Source: the human T2T-CHM13v2.0 reference genome, Homo sapiens
Reading direction: 5' to 3' (one strand)
Assembly: GCF_009914755.1 (NCBI RefSeq)
Contig: NC_060936.1
Length of the DNA stretch: 64,000 nucleotides
The position numbers were made by a program, and so were the translations under genes. Under the pieces are notes generated by a model. That model was not told the DNA's origin. It saw nothing but the letters and a program-made list of their open reading frames with translations, and did not search any database. Positions 14,321-26,875 of this stretch are shown here, in pieces. Numbering within the stretch: the first letter of the stretch is position 1; every line of letters starts with the position of its first letter.

Positions 14321-16444
14321 TGATTGTTATTTAATTCTGTCTTGGATTTGAGTTAGTTGTTTACATGTCTATTTCTTCACTAATCATAGAGTAGAAACTT
14401 TATTTGTAGTAACCTCATAGTGCCTAGTACCTAGTAGGTGTTCAATGCATATTTATATATAATTCCTGTTAGCAGGTTATCTATGTCCTGTTGGTTATAT
14501 ATCTGTCAGCATGTATAGAAAGTGCTGATCTTTTCAACACCAGCCATATACTTCTTTTTTAATAGAAAAATATGGACTGTGTTTCATTATTATCCCTTTT
14601 CCCATGGAATTCTATTTTGTTGGGGTAATTATTCTATTACTGTTCCAAAATGAAAATTTTAAAAAAGAAAATTAATACATAATTATATTGCTTTGTGTGT
14701 AATAGCTTTATTTTAACATGAAATGTTACATTCTACAAATCAACATGTAAATACTTATATATAATATGTTTATCTACATATAATAATATATATAGGAGAA
14801 AGTATTTTGCATATGATGAATTGAACTTGACACTAATGACAACTCAAAGTAAAGAAACTTGTTGAAAGCAACTGGAACTACATGATTTATTGAACACAAT
14901 GGGATGAAAATGAGACTTTTTACCTTTCTCTTTTAGTGTTATACACTAAGGTTCTCAACATTTTCTATTACAGCTTGCTAAAGTGAATCAATAAATCTCT
15001 ACATTTTACTTGCAATGTTATTTTATCTTTCTCTTGGACATCTGCTCATACTTCATCCTTTTGAGAAATTTTAAAAGGCTGTTTCCCCCCTAAGATTGCC
15101 TGTTATAGCTGATGACCAGAAAAGATATGTGCAAAATAGAAAATGGGAGGACAGCAGGGCTATTACATAAGGTCCAGTCACATTAGCTTAGATCAAAAAT
15201 GCTTATTCTGTTTTTTATCCCATGTAACCTGATCCTTGGAATCTGACTTTAGGCAAACAAAGAAAGCACAAGCTCAGTGGGACAATTAAAAGGTCACAGT
15301 TGAATTCTTTAGGACTTGAATTGAACCTTGTCTAGAGTGACAAGGTTGGGTACCATATGTCAATACTAGTGAGAAAAAAGCACAAAAAAATTGCACAATA
15401 AGAGATAGAATTCCCTAATAAAAAGGACAGCAACTTTAGTATATGGCTAGAATTAAATATTTATGCAATAATTACAAAAATAAACCTCAAAAAAGGCACC
15501 AATAGATTATAAGCAATTCTGGTAAAATGTCTATGTTGCCCTTTATTAGCAGAATATGTCAGCAGCTGTGTTTGACATGATGGAACAGGATGGTTTATGT
15601 TGCATTGCACTTACTCTTCCCTATTCCTTTGTATACAGCAAACTAGGATATCTGCAGGCCTCACCATTCTCTGCAAGCAATGAAGCCACATTAACATTAA
15701 TGCCTGCATTTTGCTGCTTTGTAGCGCTTTTCTGTACAACTGTGGGACATCAATTTTTTCCTTCTCCCATTTTAAATCTCCCCTGTTTATTTCTAGGCAT
15801 CTCTGGGAGGGTTCTTATAAAGTCTGAAGAAGAATCCCATTAATCTGCTTTTGTCTCTGATGTCAGCTGCTCATGAGTCACTGTTGGAAGTGTCTCAGCA
15901 CTGTCGCTGGTGCTGGTGCCGTGCTGAGCATCTCAGACCATTCTGCTGCCCCCTCCATAACTGTCCCACATTTTAGCGCTTGGGCTTTACTAGGCCTGTG
16001 TAAATCGTTAAGTCTCATGGAGTTCCTCTTAAACATAGCCTTTCTAGCTTCTACCTTCAACCTTCAGCTATTCGCTAATTTCTACCTTCCATATTCCACC
16101 CTCTGCCCTTTATACACACACTCACACACACATTCACACACCCACATCCCTCATACCCTTTACACAGTTCAGACATTCAAGAGTCAAATCTCCCCTTGAA
16201 CCTAAAACAAGAGTCCTTCCTCATTTCAACTTAAACAAATGGGTTCGGAGGAGGAGGGGCAGGGCACATTCCATGTATTTGCAGTTATTGTTCAGGTTCC
16301 ACATGAATATCCAACCTGATATTCATGATATAAGAGACAGGGAAAATCAGGGTAAAACAGGTTAGATAGGGAAATGAGAGTATAAAATAGGAAGAGATGA
16401 GCTCAGTCATTGCAGCCTCTTGGAAAGTAAAATGAATGGCAGTG

Positions 16445-16670
16445 GCAAACTGTTGTGCTTAGGAGTACAGACTGCTGGGTTTCAAATCTAGCTCTACTAC
16501 TTATATGATTTGGGTAAGTTACTAAAATCCTCTGCATCTATTTTTTTCTGATCTGCAAATTGGGAATAATAATAGTATCTATCTCACAGGGTTTTAGTGA
16601 AGATTAAATTAGTAAATATATGCAAAGTACTTATGAAGGGCGATATACTTATTGACTGTTATTAATTATT
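16445..16670 (+). mobile_element. MIR SINE
   Basis: ctgggtttcaaatctagctctactactta...tgatttgggtaagttact...gggaataataatagtatctatctcacagggtt. Confidence 0.85.
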
Positions 16671-18095
16671 ATTGTTTGCCATGAAAACTATCAATCCTAG
16701 ATTCTATATCCATGCCTTAATCAGGAGGTGAATTAATTCTTGTGTATATGCCCGTCTTGAAGCCACGATCAACATTTCTGAATCCGGAGACAGTTGTGTT
16801 CAGCAGGTTGTTAAAACATCCCACTCTTCTTAGAGTCTGAAACCCCCAACCCTCTTCTTCAATGCTATTCTTATGATTTCACTAGGCTCCTATGCCATAG
16901 ATAATCCCTGCCTTTCTGCGGCTCCGAGCCTGCTACCCCTGCCTTCTTGACCTTTTCAGATTGGCCTCCTTGTCTATTTCTCATCATAGAGGATCTTCCA
17001 CATGTCTTCTGCTTAGCTGGACTTGTGGTCTTGGTCTCTCTGAGTCAGTCCTCTCCTGTTGAAGCTGTACCCTGCCATGACAGGACTGAATATTTGGAAA
17101 TTATAAGCAGATGGATTGTGATGAATATGATCTATTTTGCCCTCGCTCATCTCAGTAACAGGTGGCTGCTCAGCCAGCTGGGGTCTTCTTGAGGACACTC
17201 TCCCAGGCCTCCCTCTGACCATATGCACTCCCGTCCAGATGGTGACATGGTTCCCCAGAGTCCTGAATCAATGTAATGGGAGATGGCAGGCCTATGCTGA
17301 TTTTGCCTAGGGTCTAATACAAGCATGCAGTTTTTAAATTTTATTTTCTAATTTGGGGAAAAGGAACAAACCCTATGTGAAAATCATGTTCACAATGTGG
17401 TTTCAAATTCTCTCACAGGAAGTCTAAGTTTGTGTGATTAAATTAACATTCATAAATGCCAAGGCAAGGAAACAAATTAATTTAACTGTTGGAAAAGATA
17501 GAGATGATTTTGGATCATCTAATAAGCTAATGTATTTGATGATTTACTTCACTGATCTGATTTCTCTGTGTAAAGATTCTTGCTACATTAAAATAGGGGT
17601 AAACATGTTTATTCTGTTAAGATTCAACTTGGTAAGAGGTGGAGACCAGTTGCTTTCACTTAAGGTTAAAATAACTACTTTATACTCTATTCCAGAACTA
17701 ACTTACTTTCAAACAAATTATGGCTTACAAGAACAGTACATATTTGCTTACAGTTATCTCTGCTTATACAGTGTGTTTTCTGATGCATTTATGCAAGTGT
17801 TGATTAAATCCTTCATGCTGCTTGAATGTTTATTATCATTGAATTGTTGGTTAAGAAAATCAGAGAAAAATGTTCCAGGATCAAGACGTAGACATTGTTG
17901 AGGCCTAAAAAAGAATAAATGATAAGGACATTATTTAAGAGGTTGAAAATTTATAACAACTGCAAGGGGAACAGTTTATGGATGTTTTTCCAGTTAATTT
18001 TAAAACCTTAACTATTTAAAGTTTCAATATTAATATTTTTAAATATGAGCTTTGTAATATCTAGAACCACAATGATTTTAAGTTCTATAAGATTG

Positions 18096-18096
<1 letters not shown>

Positions 18097-18140
<44 letters not shown>
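18097..18140. repeat. (TCTA)11 tetranucleotide STR
   Basis: Perfect run counted directly. Confidence 0.97.
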
Positions 18141-19254
18141 CTTTCTGATAAAGTAGCATATCTATCTTTTGGGTGTGTGTACCTTTAGCATATGACATTA
18201 AAAGTTTTAGTAACATTCTTCTCAGTAACATGGCTTCTTCTTGACATGACAGTATTCTGATGATGATCGCCATTGTTTCCCTTGTGCATCATCTATGTTC
18301 AATGTGTCTGCTATTGTTTATTTCTTGCCCTGCAGATTAAGCTCAGTGAAAAGGAAAGAAAGGTTAGGAAAGGAGAGAAAACTAATAAAGGACAGAAAGA
18401 TCAGGATAACAGCAATAATGTTGTCCAAATAATGTTCAATATTTGTGTTAATGGATAATATTTTTAAAAAGAGAAAATTATGACTCCTACAAATATGAAA
18501 TGAATATATGTCAAAAATTTTATTTAACTTTTTAATTAATGAGAACCAGTAAGATGTTACGACTGGTTAAAAGGAGAATTTAACTTACAACAATTTATAT
18601 TTTCCTTTGGACAAAGTCTATTTGCATTTGTATGAACAGGAATTATTTGCATAACTTTGAACAAGAAACATTTTCATTACTATCAGTTTTCTAAATAGTA
18701 TAGTCAAAACAACCAAAGGTAGAGATAATCTTAATGGTTGAGAGTTGACACCAACTTCTTTTCTTTTTCCTTTTTCTTTCAACTATTTTTAAATCATTCA
18801 TAATACTTTCTGATTCATACACATAGTGCCTAAATCTCAACATAACATTCATAAGGCAAAAAATTTCAAAAGGAGTGTTGCTTTATTTCAAAACTAATGA
18901 AATTTTAGAACCTTAGCAGCTGGCTGGCCATGTAATTGATGCCTATCCATTGATTCGACCACCCTCCTAGACCTGACTCCTGTATTTGTTTCCTCACACT
19001 TAAAGGGAACTCAATGAGTCAGGTGAGTACTGTGCAAACAGGAACCCTCTGTCTTTTTTCTGCTTCCGGACAAAGCTTTGCTTGCCAGCCCAACTCTTTT
19101 GGATTACAGAGGTTCCACACTAGGAGTGGCAAGCAGAGAAGACCAGAGACCACCATTCCCAGCTCTGTTGCAGTGGTGCTAAGGTTCTGCCCAAAGGGAA
19201 GGCAAACCATGAGGATGAAGGGCTTCATAGTTCTGGTTGAAGGGACTTACTTTG

Positions 19255-19430
19255 TATGTAACAGATGGAAAAATATATACTGTGCAAAAAGTAACCATGA
19301 AAGAGCTGAAGTGGCTGTGCTAATATTAGATAAAGTAGACTTTAAAACCAAAAAATATTTCTAATGATAAAGAGGAACATTTTATAAAGATAAAATAGTC
19401 AGTCTATCAGAAAGATACAATAATCATATA
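19255..19430 (+). mobile_element. Isolated L1 ORF2 endonuclease-domain fragment
   Basis: Translates RWKNIYCAKSNHERAEVAVLILDKVDFKTK, like L1 EN WKKIYHANSNQKRAGVAILISDKIDFKTK. Confidence 0.85.
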
Positions 19431-20169
19431 TTCAGCAAGCTTTTGATAATTTAATCAGTGATCAAAGAACAACAGTGTACCATTTCTAAAATATTCAGAG
19501 GTGTTGATAATACATATTAATTCCAACAATTATTCATCACTATTTTGGTCCAGGAATTATGACAGGCCCCGGGGACGCAAAGCTATATAGACTGCTAGTC
19601 TTGAAGAATTCAGGAGATATAGATATTTTAAAAACTTACTAGTTTAATAATCTAATGTGATAAGGGATTTTATAGAGTATTTGGAGAAAGTATTTTAACA
19701 AAAAAGACTAATACAATAATAGAATAAAGCTAATTTACCCTGTAGATGAAGTCTTACAAAGTGCATTTATAACATTATTTCATTTGATTGTCACAAGTAC
19801 TTGCTCTTATGCAGCTGAAACACTTGAAGTTCAGAAAAGCCAAGTCCAAAAAACTGATCTGCAAATATGTTTACAATATATCAAAGAAAAAAACCTGTCT
19901 ACACAACTATGTGCATTATGTAATCCCACTAAAATGTATACATGCATACCTATACATATATACACAAAAATTAGAATACATTCACAGAAAATAGGGTTTG
20001 GAAGCATAAACCAGCAGGCTAGAAGTAGTTGTTTTTGAATAAATAGAATTATGAATGTATTTTGTTTTATTTTTTTTCATGTACATATTTTCTGATTTTT
20101 CTCTAATGAACATGTATTCATTGGCTTAGAATTAATGTATTGGCTTATACGTGTTAAATTGACAAAACA

Positions 20170-21308
20170 ATAAAATTGAACCCAAATGTAAGAAGATAAA
20201 ACTATAACACTCTTAGAAGACTTAGGAGTTAGTCTTTATGATTGACTTTTTAGATTTAATACCAGAAGTACAAGCAACCAAAGGAAAAAAAAAAGATAAA
20301 TTGAACTTCATTCAAAGTGAAACATTGTGGTATGAATAATAACATCAGGAAGTTAAAAGAATCCACACAATGAAATAAAATGTTATCAAACCACATATCT
20401 GATAAGGAACTTGTATCCAGATTACATAAGTATCACAATTCAATGACAATATAACAAATAACCCATTAAAATGGGTAAAGTGTTAGACATTTCTCCCAAG
20501 AAGTTATACAAATGATTAATAAGCATCATCATTTACTAAGGAAATGCAAATTAAACTACAATGAGATACCCCTTAAAATCCACTAGGATGGTTATAATGT
20601 AAGAGATAGACAATAACAAGTGATGGCAAAAGTATGGAAAAATTGATATTCTTATAAGTTGCTAGTGAATGTACAATGGCACAACCACTTTGAAAAACAG
20701 TTTGGCAGTTCCTTAAAATGCTAAACATAGAGTTATCATAGAATCCAGTAGTCACACTCCTTGGCATATACCTGAGAAATGAAAACATGTATCCACACAA
20801 GAACTTGTACATGAATGCTCATAGCAGCGTTATTCATAATAGTCAAAAAGTAAAAACAATTCAAATGTCTATTACCTGATGAGTAGATAAATAAAATATA
20901 GTGCATCCATACAGTGGGATATTATTTGGCAATAGGAGGAATGAAATACTGATACATGCTACAATATAGATAAACCTTTTCCACATTAAGCTAAATGAAA
21001 GAAGATAGTCACAAAAGATTACATGTTATGTATATATGTATGATTCCATTTCTATGAAATGTCCAGAATAGACAGACCTATAAAGATAGCAAGTAGACTA
21101 GTGGTTACCTTGAGATGAGGGTGGGGGAGTGTATTGAGAGTGACTGTTAATGGGTATTGGTTGCTTTTAGCGGGACACAAAGATGTTCAAAAGTAGGTTG
21201 TGGTGGTTGTTGCACAATCCTGCAAATATACTAAAAACATTGAAGTGTACACATTAAATGGGTAAATTATACTGCAAATGAATTATATATCAATAAAGCT
21301 GTTAAAAG
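20170..21308 (+). mobile_element. L1MB7/8-like ORF2 C-terminus and 3' UTR
   Basis: gaaatgcaaattaaactacaatgagatac, tttggcagttccttaaaatgctaaacatagagtta; ends aatgaattatatatcaataaagctgttaaaa. Confidence 0.88.
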
Positions 21309-21399
21309 TATCTTTTGAGTGCATCACAGTTAGCAAAGGCACTTTTCTAGATATTTCTCTTAAATGCTACAATAAAGTGTGTCGCTATAATACTTATTA

Positions 21400-21540
21400 T
21401 TATTTTCAAACAAATTTTAGACAGGGAACCGAGCTTCAAAGAGAAACAGTGACTTGCCCAAGGTGAAATTAACAGAGCTAGAACAGGGATATTAAATCTT
21501 TTTAATTGAAATCTGCTCTTTCCACTGTACCATGCCATTG
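21400..21540 (-). mobile_element. MIR fragment
   Basis: ttttagacagggaaccgagcttc...gtgacttgcccaaggt...gctctttccactgtaccatg. Confidence 0.7.
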
Positions 21541-22937
21541 GTTATATTACACCTGCAAAGATCAAACTGCAACATTTTCCATATACTTATCTAACTTATA
21601 TGCCTGGATTTGTACTGGAATTTTGTAAAATTCAAAAGCAAATTACTTGGCATTATTTGCATGCCATAACATAAAACAAAATTTGTTTAAACTTCTGTGA
21701 GCCAATTAAAAGGATTACATATCAGTTGAATAATTAATTTTATTATGGTACAACCCATATCACATAGATCATCTAATTGGGAACTGAGGGGGAAAATGAG
21801 CTTTATATAACTAATACTTTAGATCTCCTTAACTTCCATATGCATATTTAGTATGCTAAAATTCCAAATTAAAAATAAAACACAAGCTGCAAAGTGAATG
21901 AAAACAGCAACAGTCCTTTTAATCGTTGGTCAGTGCTACATAATTAGATATTTATATTTTTAGGAAAGTTAAAATTTTGTACATTTTACTCAATGAAGAT
22001 CAAGAATAAATAGCTTGATAATTTCATTATAGATTGTGGGAAGTGCCTTGGAAATGGTAAAGGGTTAATATACTTATTAATCTGGCTAACATTTTTTAGA
22101 GAGGGCACGAAGGTCTCCTAAATTCTGCTGCAGTTCTCTTTCCAGAGCACTGCATTCTGAATGCTGAAACGCAACACTTCGTAGAATGTAAAATAAAACC
22201 ATTAGTTCTCTTTGACCCTATTCCAGGATAATTTGACTAGAAATTAATAACTGTCAACTAGAGATATTTCACTGGCACTAAGGCAAAATGTTGCGTAATT
22301 CCTCCTTTAGGTTACTCACATTGCACACCACATTTACATTTGAAAATTAAGTTACTGGCTGGAGTAAGGAAAAGGATTTTAATCTGCAAAACAATTATTG
22401 CTTTTTTCTGAGGTCATGAATTTGGTTTTCTAGATATTTTGAAGTGCTGGCTCACTCAATTGCTGAGTAACAAGGCTAATGATAAGGTTTCAATGACTTT
22501 GTATTAAAGTATTCAGTGTTTTACATTTGAATGGATCTTTACAAGATATTTGAAACAAAATTATCCCATGACAACAATATTAAACAATAAAAACAAACAA
22601 ACAAAATCAATGACACATAATGTTTACCTAGTGCTAAATACACGGATTTGTTTTTGAAGAAAAAAACAGACCCTATAAGACAAAACTTAAATTGTGATTA
22701 AAATCCATATTTAATTATACTTTTTCTCCTTTGAGATAATTTCTCTTCATCCTACTCCTGGCCAAAGAAACAAAATATTTTTTGTTTATATATATATTCT
22801 CCTGTGCTATAGCAGCAAGGAGTCCTGAATCTCTGAAAGCTTTGTAGACATCATTAGAAAGAAAGAATTGTGTCTTTTTCACTTTTTAATTCCATGCAAA
22901 CGATCATTTATTGAGTGCCTTCTTTGTGTTAGGTGCA

Positions 22938-23387
22938 TTGCATGTGGTCCGTGTGAAGAGACCACGAAACAGGCTTTGTGTGAGCAATAAAGTTTTTAAT
23001 CACCTGGGTGCAGGTGGGCTGAGTCCAAAAAGAGAGTCAGCGAAGGGAGATAAGGGTGGGGCCGTTTTATAGGATTTGGGTAGGTAAAGGAAAATTACAG
23101 TCAAAGGGGGTTTGTTCTCTGGCAGGCAGGAGTGGGGGTCGCAAGGTGCTCAGTGGGGGAGCTTTTTGAGCCAGGATGAGCCAGGAAAAGGACTTTCACA
23201 AGGTAATGTCATCAGTTAAGGCAAGGACCGGCCATTTACACTTCTTTTGTGGTGGAATGTCATCAGTTAAGGTGGGGCAGGGCATATTCACTTCTTTTGT
23301 GATTCTTCAGTTACTTCAGGCCATCTGGGCGTATATGTGCAGGTCACAGGGGATGCGATGGCTTGGCTTGGGCTCAGAGGCCTGACA
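22938..23387 (-). mobile_element. HERV-H solo LTR7, full length (450 bp)
   Basis: Reverse complement begins TGTCAGGCCTCTGAGCCCAAGCCAAGCCATCGCATCCCC and follows the recalled LTR7 consensus closely; perfect TSD gtgca at 22933-22937 and 23388-23392. Confidence 0.97.
23054..23300 (-). promoter_or_regulatory. LTR7 U3 promoter/enhancer: TATAAAA, KLF-type GCCCCACC x2, SOX-type ACAAAAGAAG x2
   Basis: ttttata 23065-23071; gggtggggc 23054-23062 and ggtggggc 23271-23278; cttcttttgt 23241-23250 and 23291-23300. Activity is not shown by sequence. Confidence 0.6.
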
Positions 23388-23904
23388 GTGCACCCTATCC
23401 ATGACCTACTTGCCAGTGATGGGAAGCACATGGGTTAGAGCCAGCTTAGGTTCTTAATTCATTATACACTTTTCTGCCACTTCATTCAACAACTGTTTGC
23501 TCATCTTCAGCTACCCTTACCAAATTGTCATGGCAATAGTGTAGTTTGGGATCCCACAGCTTTGTTTTCAAGGCTTATTATGATTTAGATAAATTTGGGC
23601 TCATGAGGCAGCTTTGTTTGGTGTCTTCAGCAGGAGTTTAAAAGGACAGATGGAAATGTGCCCATGGCATATCAATGCCTTGTAATTCACTGGATGGCGG
23701 CAGTGACACCTGAATTCCTGGGATGGGGGTGGTTGGCGCTCAGAAATGGTTGGAGTCTGACAATTTGGAAACGAAGCAGCTACCTTTGAATACGGAAGAG
23801 GATTGTGGTTATGTTAATATTTTACTTCTGAATATGCACTTTCGCCAAAAGGAAAAATTTGGATGGGCTATAGATTTAGTTGGAAAAAGTTGGGGTATTG
23901 TAAC

Positions 23905-24085
23905 AAGACAAAGCTGGGTTTACATGTCATCTCTTCTATTCTACTAAATGACATTAGGCAAGTTAGTCAATGTGAGTCCTTTTCTTCATTTGTAAGATGT
24001 AGATAGGAAAATTTATCACTCTAGTTTGTCATAGTGATTAAATTAGACTATACAAAGACTTAGAAGGCATTTGAGTGTTAGCGAG
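23905..24085 (+). mobile_element. MIR fragment
   Basis: tgacattaggcaagttagtcaa...ttcttcatttgtaagatg. Confidence 0.6.
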
Positions 24086-26408
24086 CTTTATACTTTCCAG
24101 AAATCTAGTGAATAAGGATAACCAAGGAAAGACTGGGTAGATTTTGTGTTCAATTCTATGAGACTTCTAGGCTAGCAGCCTGGAATTCATGTGTAGTTAC
24201 TAAAGCATGCCAGCTCCGTAGTATTTTATGATTTACTGAGCATTGTCAACCCATTATTTCACTTTATTCTTATGAAATCCTTTTGGTAGATGTAGGGCTA
24301 GCATTTTACATGTATACTATTTGTTTACAGAAGTCTTGTGACTTAGCCAAAGTCACAGAATTGTTAGGAGAAGCCAAGATAAAAGTCAGGTCTCCTGTCT
24401 TCAGCAGTGCCTTCATTAGGGGCCTCTTCTGAGAGGAGGGAATATGGTGGTCTTGCAAGGTTCATGGCATTCAGATCAATTGAACCTACAATTTCTACTT
24501 CATTTATTCTCCTGTAAAATATGCACCTTAAAGAGAAAAAAAATGCCTTTTAAGGGAAAACACAGAACACGTTCTAGTAATAGTTTTGTACGCTTGACAA
24601 TTTATGCTGATTGATTTGTTGTGTCACCAAACAAATATCATTTTTATATTTTCAATTACCATTTACATTTCCTCTAAGATTTTATACCAGTCTAGTCATC
24701 TAATGAATTAAATTTGCATTCATTTCACTTCAGAAAGGTTGAGAGAATTTCCTATTATGAATAATTTAATGGAAAAAATTTACATAAATTGAATTCTTCG
24801 AATTTCGTTTTAATGGTATTGGTCATGAAAAGTAAATAGCAACCTAACTTCATGGGTATTTTTGCATTTTGTGTCTGAATGGATTTTAAGGTAATGCTAG
24901 TTTTTTTTTTTTTAAGTAAGATTGTATTAAATAAGTTGTTTATATGAGCAATTATAGTTGTCTGATTTTACTATATACTCCATAAATGATTTCTTTTGGA
25001 ATTTCAGTGTACATTGCTGTCCTAAGAAGAGAAAATAGGAAGTGGATAATGTTTACTGGCAAGAAATCTTAAAAAAAGAAGAGCAGAAATGAAGGTATAG
25101 GAACAGGTTCATATACACAGTATCTTTACTCTTTCCTGCTCAGGAAATCAGGCCTAGTAATGAACTTTGATTGTTCCATTCAATTTCAGCTAGTAGCTGT
25201 AATGAATCAAGTTACTCTATAACCTCATTAATACTAAATACCTCTCTTTCTAGCCTTTGGTTTCCTAAATAACTATCCATCCACATCTTGGTTAAGGACT
25301 GTTCCTAGTGCCTTTAGTAATCAATGGATGGTAGCCTTACTCAACAGCTTCTTAAAAAGCCAAAGATCATTTACTATATTTGGAAAAATTCAATGGATAT
25401 CTGACAGCACGTGAGAGTTCCTTGCATCTGTCAATCTCTTATTTGGTCATCAATGTGCAGTCTGTCAGTTAGATGGTCTCTGTAGGTAGAAGTAAGCCTT
25501 GTTAATCTCTATAAAACCCAGAAATCCCTGCTCCATCATTCCAACTTAATGGCTGATTTTTATGCTGGAAGAACAGTGCATATACATTTAAAGCAGCAAG
25601 ATCTCTGCAGATTCAACAGAATGCTAAGTGAAACAGAGATGCTTTCGTTGCACAATATAATGAATCAGAAACATGAGAAACATAAAAATTTTAAAAACAT
25701 AGGCTTAAATGTCAGATTGCAGAACAACAACCACCCAAGTTTTTTACTATGTTTGATGGGAAGATGTTAGAACAAAATATTGCACTTATCTTACAGAAAC
25801 CTAGAGTCACATATACTCATTTATTTCTGCATATTAAGACAAACTTTAAGATTAGTATTAAATTTAAAATTTTTTGTCTATAACAAAAATGTATACATGA
25901 TTATGATTGATGATGTAGGTCACTTCATGATCTAGCAATGGCAAATAAGTAGTCTATATCAATAGGCTTGAATTTTACTTTCATTCATGGTCATTCATTT
26001 ATTGGAACAGATGTGTAATAAAACATTACACATCTGTTCAAATAAAGATACTAATGTGAGTTATAGATAATATAGGCACAGAAAAAATGTGAAGTTACTT
26101 TCCATATGATCACAATTTTGTATAAGTGAGATTTTAAAGGGAAAATAATAGAAAATGTTATCATTGTGGCTTCTGGATCAGGTATAAATTTCATCAAACA
26201 AGTCTGATTAAAAATGTAGCTTATGGCTATGTATGATTACCAGCTCTCAGCTAAAGGAAATGCAAAGTTGGGAGAATTGTCACTTTGATATTCTTCTTCT
26301 GACATAAAATACCAAATACAATGGCCTTTCTCAGACCATATATTCCTACAATTTCTTACATTTTCATGATGCTGTTTTTTTTCTCATTCTTCAATTTGAA
26401 TAACCCCA

Positions 26409-26875
26409 TGTATTAGTTTCTTAAGGTTGCTGTAATAAATTACTACTAACTGGGTGGTTCAGGACAACAAAAATATATTCTCTCAGAATTTTAGAGCCTA
26501 GAAGTTTGAAATCAAAGTATCAGCAGGGTTGGTTTCTTCTGGAGGCTCTAAGGGGGATGCATCTCAGCCCTTTCTCCTAGCTTCTGGGGGCTTTGGGCAA
26601 TCCTTGATGTTCCCTGGTTTTTACTGCATACACATAACTCTAATTCATCTCTGCCTTCACATGGCCTTCCCATCTGTGACTCAGTGTCTCAATTCTCCCT
26701 CTCCCTTCTTCTTATAAGGAGACTTGTTATTGGATTTAGGGCCCACCCAAAATCTGGATGACCTTATCTTGTAATCCTTAACCTAATTATATTTACTAAG
26801 ATGCTTTCTCCAAATAAGTTACTGAGGGTTAGGACTTGGACATAACTTTTGGGGAGCTATTATTCAACCCATTTT
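26409..26875 (-). mobile_element. MLT1C-like LTR (ERVL-MaLR)
   Basis: tgtattagtttcttaaggttgctgtaataaattac...attggatttagggcccaccc...tattcaaccca. Confidence 0.88.

Noticed and set aside
17434-17901. 155-aa ORF (GTG start)
   Set aside because: No recognisable domain, composition typical of AT-rich non-coding DNA, no splice context
18505-18580. Short sequence resembling an ERV1 LTR start (LTR37-like)
   Set aside because: Too short, and my recall of the consensus is too uncertain to call
19014-19364. 116-aa ORF ending in an L1 endonuclease-like peptide
   Set aside because: Chance read-through into a short L1 fragment; no intact EN domain
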